A stretch of DNA of 64,000 nt, from assembly GCA_002329485.1 (NCBI GenBank), contig DCTZ01000028.1:2393-66392 (forward strand), read 5' to 3'. Numbering within the stretch: position 1 is the stretch's first letter; each line of letters begins with the position of its first letter. Origin of the DNA: Bacillales bacterium UBA1427 (GTDB lineage: Bacteria; Bacillota_I; Bacilli_A; ML615J-28; CAG-313). Below the pieces are notes generated by a model, which saw only the letters and a program-made list of their open reading frames with translations, did not search any database and was not told the DNA's origin. Shown one piece after another: positions 58,669 to 64,000 of the stretch. A program made the translations under genes and the position numbers.

Positions 58669-59619
58669 CTACCTTTCGTTCGGTTCGAAATGGGCAAACA
58701 GTTCGACTTTTTTGTTGAGCCTTTCCTGCAGAATATTCTCCAAACGGTGCGAGAGTTCGTGGGCTTTGTATACCGAAAGCTCTGGTTCAGTAATAATGTG
58801 CAAATCGATATAGATATGTTCCAGCCGGCCGCGGCTTCTGATTTTATGGACATTCAGCACTTCCGGTTCGGCTTCGACGATTTTCTTGATATCCACTTCG
58901 TTGACGACAGTTTTATCCACCAATACGCAGATGGTCATTTTGAAAATTTTCAGACACGAAAGAAAAATGAATACCGCTATCACTATCGAAACAAGCGGAT
59001 CGATAAAGACGGGCAGACCCGACTTTATCAAAATCAAAGAAACCAAAACCCCGATGGATATAAAAATGTCGCTTCTTGTGTGATAGGAATCGGAAATAAG
59101 TACGTCGCTACCTAGTTTTCGTCCCATCCGGTGTTCGTAAAAAGCCACAAACCCGTTAATAAAAATGGTTATGACCAAAGTTACGAGCGTTGCCGGGGTA
59201 ACCGAAAAAGCCCTTGGGTTAAGCAAACAGCCGATAGCTTTACTGATTATATTGATTACCATCCAAAGCAGCAAAAAACCGATGGCAAATCCGGAAACCG
59301 TTTCGAACTTCTGATAACCGTACGGATGGGTTTTATCGGCGGGTTTGGACGACAGTTTGATTCCGATGATGCCGATGACGTTGGAAATACTGTCCGTGAA
59401 AGAATGATAACCGTCGGCGGTTAAACTGTTGATGTTAAACAATAAACCAAACAAAATTTTCAAAAACGTGACTGTTAAATTCAGGATTAAAATAATAACC
59501 AGTATTCGGGTGATTTTTTGATATTTAGACAAGGCAACACCTTCTGAAAATGTTCTCCTAGTTATATTATTCTTTTTAATCCCGAATGTGCCTGGTCCAA
59601 CCAGTCTTTTCTTACGCAA
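58669..59619 (-). CDS. Cation diffusion facilitator (CzcD/ZitB-like) metal efflux transporter; start uncertain
   Basis: 6-TM core with HSFTDS and HxxxD motifs plus a C-terminal cytoplasmic domain. The first ATG has no RBS; the start could be the internal TTG after GAAGGTG. Confidence 0.7.
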   Translation of the reverse strand: MRKKRLVGPGTFGIKKNNITRRTFSEGVALSKYQKITRILVIILILNLTVTFLKILFGLLFNINSLTADGYHSFTDSISNVIGIIGIKLSSKPADKTHPYGYQKFETVSGFAIGFLLLWMVINIISKAIGCLLNPRAFSVTPATLVTLVITIFINGFVAFYEHRMGRKLGSDVLISDSYHTRSDIFISIGVLVSLILIKSGLPVFIDPLVSIVIAVFIFLSCLKIFKMTICVLVDKTVVNEVDIKKIVEAEPEVLNVHKIRSRGRLEHIYIDLHIITEPELSVYKAHELSHRLENILQERLNKKVELFAHFEPNER

Positions 59620-59623
59620 AAAT

Positions 59624-59670
59624 AAAAAACCCGTTTAAACCATCAGTCGTTGGCATAAACGGGTTTTAAA
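59624..59670 (-). terminator. Terminator after the pyrophosphatase gene
   Basis: aaaaAACCCGTTTAaaccatcagtcgttggcaTAAACGGGTTtt. Confidence 0.5.
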
Positions 59671-59699
59671 TTATATCAAGAAGTAGGAGAAAGTCGATT

Positions 59700-61844
59700 T
59701 TAGAAAATCGAGAAGAGGACAAACAAACCGCTCAGCAAGCTTGCAACCAAGCTTACGACAGTGATTTGCGTATTGATGCTCGGACCGGCCGTATCTTTGA
59801 ACGGGTCGCCGACGGTATCGCCGATAACGGCTGCTTTATGGGCATCGCTTCCTTTACCGCCGTTGTGGCCGGATTCAACGAATTTCTTGCTGTTGTCCCA
59901 AAGACCGCCGCTGTTGCTCATAAAGAGAGCAAGCAACAATCCGCTGACAATATTGCCCGCAAGATAACCGCCGATTGCATGGATTCCGCCTACGAATCCA
60001 ACCACAATTGTGAGAAGGATGGCAAACAAACCGGCCGGAATCAATTCTTTCAAGGCACCTTCGGTTGCGATTTCGATACATTTGCCGTAATCGGCTTCAA
60101 CGCCTTCTTCGCCTTCTTTAAGACCTACGATTTCTTCAAATTGGCGATGGATTTCGCTAACCATTCTTTGGGCGTTGCGATCAACCCCAAGCATCAGAAG
60201 CGCACTGAAGACAGCCGGGACTGCGGCACCGATAATCATTCCGAAGAAGACAATCGGATTCATGATATCAAAGGCTTTGATCAATTCGGCTGCCGGACCC
60301 CGCAAATCGATAATATGCGCATTGGCTTCCGAAACGAAAGCACCGAGCAGAGCAATAACGGTCAACCCTGCTGCCCCGATGGCAAAACCTTTGGTAACGG
60401 CTTTAACGGTATTGCCCGCTGAGTCGAGGCTATCGGTGATTTCGACAACATCTTCGCCGAGATTGCCCATTTCCGCAAGCCCTCTTGCGTTATCGACAAT
60501 CGGTCCGTATGCATCGTTACTGATAATCATACCGACAATCGAAAGCATTCCGACGGCCGCCATGGAAATACCGAACATTCCGTATTCGTTCGTAAGATTC
60601 GGATCAATCAATGCGCCTAATTTATAGGCAACCAAAGCGGAAATAGCGATACCGATCATGGCAGGGAGAATGCTTAAGAAACCGTAGCTGACACCGGAAA
60701 GAATGGTGAAAGCTGGTCCCGATTCGCTGGCTTTCGCAACATTTCGAACCGGCCGCTTTTCGTCGTTGGTGAAGAAGTCGGTAACGATACCGATGATAAC
60801 ACCGACAAACAGACCGACCATTGCGGCGCCGTAGATGGCCCATTCGAAATCAAAGAGAAGCGTGGCAAGAGCCGTCAACACCGCGTAGATTGCGGTTGTT
60901 ATATATGTACTCTTGTTCAGAGCCGAGGTAGGGCCGCTCTTTTTGCCCATTCTGGCAAAACTTACGCCGATGATTGAGGAAAGAAGTCCGAGAAAAGCAT
61001 AGCAGAAAACCATCGGAACAAGTTTTGAGTTATTGGTCGTGCTGGCCAAAGAAACCGCCATAACCAAAGCTGCCGCCATCGATGCGACATTGGAGTCAAA
61101 CAGGTCTGCTCCCATTCCGGCAACGTCACCGACGTTGTCCCCAACGTTATCCGCAATAACCGCCGGATTTCTCGGGTCGTCTTCCGGAATGCCCAATTCG
61201 ACTTTTCCGGTTAAATCGGCGCTGATGTCGGCGGTTTTGGTAAATATTCCGCCGCCGGCCTTCGCAAACAAAGCAAGGCTGGAAGCACCGAAACTGAAGC
61301 CTAAAATCATGGTTGAATCCTTGGTAATCAAATATACTAATGTAACACCTAGCAGACTGGCGCCGACAACGGCCATACCCATAACCGCTCCGCCGCGGAA
61401 ACCCGTTAGGAAGCTTGGCTTAATGCCTTCTTTGGCGGCTTCGGCAGTTTTGACGTTGGCGATTGTGGCAATATCAATACCGATTTTACCGGCGATTGCA
61501 CTGAAAACCGTACCGGCAAGATAAGATATTGTCATGCCTACGTTGGCTAATAAATCTTTCCCGAATGCATTTTGGAAATCCCATTTCCAAATCGGTTTTG
61601 GTAAGAAGATAAGAATCAGTACGGCTGCCACTCCGGCAAACTTGGCCAATACCTTATATTCTTTTTTCAAGAAAACATTTGCGCCAGACCGGATTAATTT
61701 TCCGACATGGGCAATTTTCGGATTGTTTGATGGTTGCTTTTTGACCCAGGTATAAAGCCAAAAAGCAAAAGCAAAGGCACCGACAGAAATGACAAGACTA
61801 GCAATTAAATAATAGTACAGTTCATTCATTGTTTTCATCTCCAT
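59700..61844 (-). CDS. hppA: Membrane-bound proton/sodium-translocating pyrophosphatase (V-type PPase)
   Basis: ~16 TM helices with conserved GGxxTKxADxxADxxGKxE and DNVGDNVGD motifs. The start may be the third ATG (MNELYYY, 61829), which has a GGAG RBS. Confidence 0.9.
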   Translation of the reverse strand: MEMKTMNELYYYLIASLVISVGAFAFAFWLYTWVKKQPSNNPKIAHVGKLIRSGANVFLKKEYKVLAKFAGVAAVLILIFLPKPIWKWDFQNAFGKDLLANVGMTISYLAGTVFSAIAGKIGIDIATIANVKTAEAAKEGIKPSFLTGFRGGAVMGMAVVGASLLGVTLVYLITKDSTMILGFSFGASSLALFAKAGGGIFTKTADISADLTGKVELGIPEDDPRNPAVIADNVGDNVGDVAGMGADLFDSNVASMAAALVMAVSLASTTNNSKLVPMVFCYAFLGLLSSIIGVSFARMGKKSGPTSALNKSTYITTAIYAVLTALATLLFDFEWAIYGAAMVGLFVGVIIGIVTDFFTNDEKRPVRNVAKASESGPAFTILSGVSYGFLSILPAMIGIAISALVAYKLGALIDPNLTNEYGMFGISMAAVGMLSIVGMIISNDAYGPIVDNARGLAEMGNLGEDVVEITDSLDSAGNTVKAVTKGFAIGAAGLTVIALLGAFVSEANAHIIDLRGPAAELIKAFDIMNPIVFFGMIIGAAVPAVFSALLMLGVDRNAQRMVSEIHRQFEEIVGLKEGEEGVEADYGKCIEIATEGALKELIPAGLFAILLTIVVGFVGGIHAIGGYLAGNIVSGLLLALFMSNSGGLWDNSKKFVESGHNGGKGSDAHKAAVIGDTVGDPFKDTAGPSINTQITVVSLVASLLSGLFVLFSIF

Positions 61845-61989
61845 TCATCAGTATACCATTATTTTACCACTTTTACGGCAATTTATCAATCTAAATTGTT
61901 AAAAAATGGTTTTGTGGTTTGAGGGCTGTTTTTTAACAAAACAGAGTAAAAAAGAGAAGCAAAGGGAATAAACGAAGTTTTTTTAAAAT

Positions 61990-62550
61990 TTATTTTTTAA
62001 TCTTGGTAACGTATTTTTTCGTTTTTTGCTTTAAGGTTTCGATTACTTCTTCTTTTCCGCTCAAAAAGGTGTTTTTGTTGACGCAAAAAGCAACCGTGGC
62101 CTGAAGAAACAAGAAAAGATAATCGTCGGTTTCCACGACTTTCGAAAAGACTGGGTATTCAAAATCCGAGAAACCTTCCTGCGTATCGGATTTGGCGCTG
62201 ATGTAAACTTTGTCATCAAAGAATCGGAAAGTCAAAACAGCATTCTGATTGACTTTGACATTGGCATCGACAGCCCGTTTCAAATTCTTTTTGATAATCC
62301 AAAACATTAACGGAAAGAAGATTACGCCCATCGCAAGCATGGTGACGGCTAAAACGAAATCTTCATCCTGACCGAAGATCCAGATAGTTAAACCGCTTAA
62401 TATCGTGATAATCATTCCCCCGAACAAAATCCTAAAAGCGGGCTTGCTGGAAATCTCGTTTAAGGCGACAAAAGTCTCAACCAAATACTCGGTCCGGTTT
62501 TCGCCGATCATGGCAGCGGTTTCCTGACCCGACAAATTGAAATCATCCAT
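61990..62550 (-). CDS. YcxB-like membrane protein (2 TM helices plus PH-like domain)
   Basis: 186-aa ORF with this topology. Confidence 0.45.
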   Translation of the reverse strand: MDDFNLSGQETAAMIGENRTEYLVETFVALNEISSKPAFRILFGGMIITILSGLTIWIFGQDEDFVLAVTMLAMGVIFFPLMFWIIKKNLKRAVDANVKVNQNAVLTFRFFDDKVYISAKSDTQEGFSDFEYPVFSKVVETDDYLFLFLQATVAFCVNKNTFLSGKEEVIETLKQKTKKYVTKIKK

Positions 62551-62644
62551 AATTTTTCTCCTTTTTCAATATGATATGTTTATTTTAACACTATTTGCCA
62601 AGAGATTCAACGTTTTAAGTAAAAAGGGCTTGTTTTCGTAAACT

Positions 62645-62676
62645 AAAAATAACAGGCAAGGAGGTTCCTTGCCTGA
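62645..62676 (-). terminator. Terminator after the flotillin gene
   Basis: CAGGCAAGGAggtTCCTTGCCTG. Confidence 0.45.
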
Positions 62677-62697
62677 ATTATTTGATTTTTTAAAGGA

Positions 62698-64000
62698 TTA
62701 TTCGGTTTCCAAAGGGTCCTGAGGTTCCTTCTTTTCCATGATTTTTCCGCCGAGGTAACCGGCTAAAACCGACTTCAAGTCAAGACCAAGCGATTGTTGA
62801 ATGCTTTGGGTAACTTGAGAAGTAATGGTATTGATTTCTTCCGCAAGTCTGGCGCTGTTTCCTTCGCCGTACATGGTGATGGAACCGATCTTGCTGAAGG
62901 CATCCCCGATAGGTTCGGCAGCTGCCCGAATCATTTCCGGGAGAACATTGCTGTTGAGGATTAATTCGAGAATCGAGGCGTTTTCCATCTTCTTCATCGC
63001 CAAAGCTTTTCTTTCGATAGCTTCGGCTTCGGCAGCACCGATGGCAAGGATTCCCGCAGCTTTTTGTTCGGCCATGATTCTTTCGGCTTCGGCTTTGGCT
63101 TTTAAAGCTTCGGCTTCTTGAATGGCTTTGAATTTTTCCGCTTCGGCTTTAATCTTTTCGGCTTCAGCTGCTTGTTGAAGTTCGAATTTTGTGGCTTCAG
63201 CTGCACGTTGGCGTTCGAATAAGGCTGCGGCAGCAGCTTGTTCTTTAGCATACTTTTCGGCTTCCGCTTTTTTCTTTATTTCGGCTTCCAAGCGTTTTTC
63301 GCGGAGTTCTACTTCTTTTTGTCCGAGTTCGACTTCGCGTTCTCTCTTCGCGATATCCGCATTAATCGATGCGATATATATATCTTGGAGACGTTTTTGC
63401 TTTTCGAGTTCGTATGCGGCATCGGCCATGGCTCTGGCTGAATCGGATTGAACTTTGAGATCGGATTCTCTTAAGGAGAGGGCGGTGTTTTGTTCGATGA
63501 TTCTGGTCTTTGCGTCCGCATCCGCTTTATTGGCATTCTTTTGGATTTGAGCAATATTGTCAACACCGAGATTTTGGATAACGCCGTTTTTGTCGGAGAA
63601 ATTTTGAATTGTCAGGTTGATAATATCGATACCCATTTTCTGCATGTCTGGAAGGGCATTTTCGGTAACCCGTTGGGCAAACAAGTCGCGGTTTTGAACC
63701 AAATCGGTTAACTTGATCTGACCGATGATTTCCCGCATATTACCTTCGAGAACTTCCCGACAGGTGTTCTTGATTCCTTCGAGGCTTTCCTGCAAAAAGA
63801 TTTGCGATGCTTTAGCTAAAGCTTCCGGTTCGGAACTAATTTTGATGTTTGCTACGCCGTCAACAAAGATGTCGATAAATTCGTTTGTAGGAACAGCTGA
63901 TGCTGTTTTGATATCGACCTGGATTAAATTTAGCGGTATTTTGTCAATCCGTTCGAAGAACGGCAATCTGAATCCTGCTTCACCAATCAATACTCTTTGT
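62698..64000 (-). CDS. floT: Flotillin-like SPFH/Band-7 protein (FloT/YuaG-like); 5' end beyond the window
   Basis: SPFH domain plus a long Ala/Glu/Lys-rich coiled coil (EAEKIKAEAEKFKAIQEAEALKAKAEAE). The ORF is open to the window edge. Confidence 0.75.
   Translation of the reverse strand, partial: QRVLIGEAGFRLPFFERIDKIPLNLIQVDIKTASAVPTNEFIDIFVDGVANIKISSEPEALAKASQIFLQESLEGIKNTCREVLEGNMREIIGQIKLTDLVQNRDLFAQRVTENALPDMQKMGIDIINLTIQNFSDKNGVIQNLGVDNIAQIQKNANKADADAKTRIIEQNTALSLRESDLKVQSDSARAMADAAYELEKQKRLQDIYIASINADIAKREREVELGQKEVELREKRLEAEIKKKAEAEKYAKEQAAAAALFERQRAAEATKFELQQAAEAEKIKAEAEKFKAIQEAEALKAKAEAERIMAEQKAAGILAIGAAEAEAIERKALAMKKMENASILELILNSNVLPEMIRAAAEPIGDAFSKIGSITMYGEGNSARLAEEINTITSQVTQSIQQSLGLDLKSVLAGYLGGKIMEKKEPQDPLETE

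Noticed and set aside
1-64000. Search for CRISPR arrays, IS elements/transposases, integrases, rRNA and prophage genes
   Set aside because: There are no direct-repeat/spacer arrays, no transposase- or integrase-like ORFs, and no rRNA-like conserved stretches. Apart from the noted anomalies, the window looks like core chromosome.

Overview
This is a low-GC Firmicutes-type chromosomal segment from a spore-former: gerA operon, spoIIE, spmAB and comK-like genes are present. It is almost entirely transcribed on the minus strand; 2 of about 60 genes lie on the plus strand. Gene content, from low to high coordinates: a partial Fn3/Ig-repeat lipoprotein; a MacB/FtsX-type ABC exporter; tRNA-Gly(GCC); a methionine-gamma-lyase-family PLP enzyme; a lipoprotein; rpsD with its autoregulatory leader; a TetR-MMPL pair; a tyrosine-phenol-lyase/tryptophanase-family gene preceded by a clear T-box riboswitch; pgk-tpiA; a ComK-like gene; msmK; a PucR-family regulator; a rhodanese; an SGNH hydrolase; SpoIIE; an unannotated rubredoxin; a zinc-ribbon membrane protein; a CN-hydrolase; a long apparent poly-gamma-glutamate (PGA) operon (lipoprotein, pgsB, pgsC, a PGA-system protein, a response regulator and histidine kinase, a PduO-type adenosyltransferase, an ABC-2 exporter); a two-subunit class I fumarase/mesaconase; spmAB; murI; a 1223-aa triplicated-module surface lipoprotein whose 5' end is disrupted; an M14 peptidase lipoprotein; and a complete methylaspartate-pathway glutamate fermentation operon (glmS-glmL-glmE, mal, citDEF, citC, citXG), in which the cit genes are most likely citramalate lyase. 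These are followed by fsa/tal, gerAA-gerAC-gerAB, a NUDIX-ribokinase-double-SIS cluster, a CDF transporter, an H+-pyrophosphatase, a YcxB-like protein and flotillin. No CRISPR array, IS element or rRNA was found. The most notable signals are the T-box leader in front of a beta-eliminating lyase, the PGA locus with an embedded two-component system and adenosyltransferase, and the nonsense-plus-frameshift disruption at a poly-A tract in the signal peptide of the giant lipoprotein.
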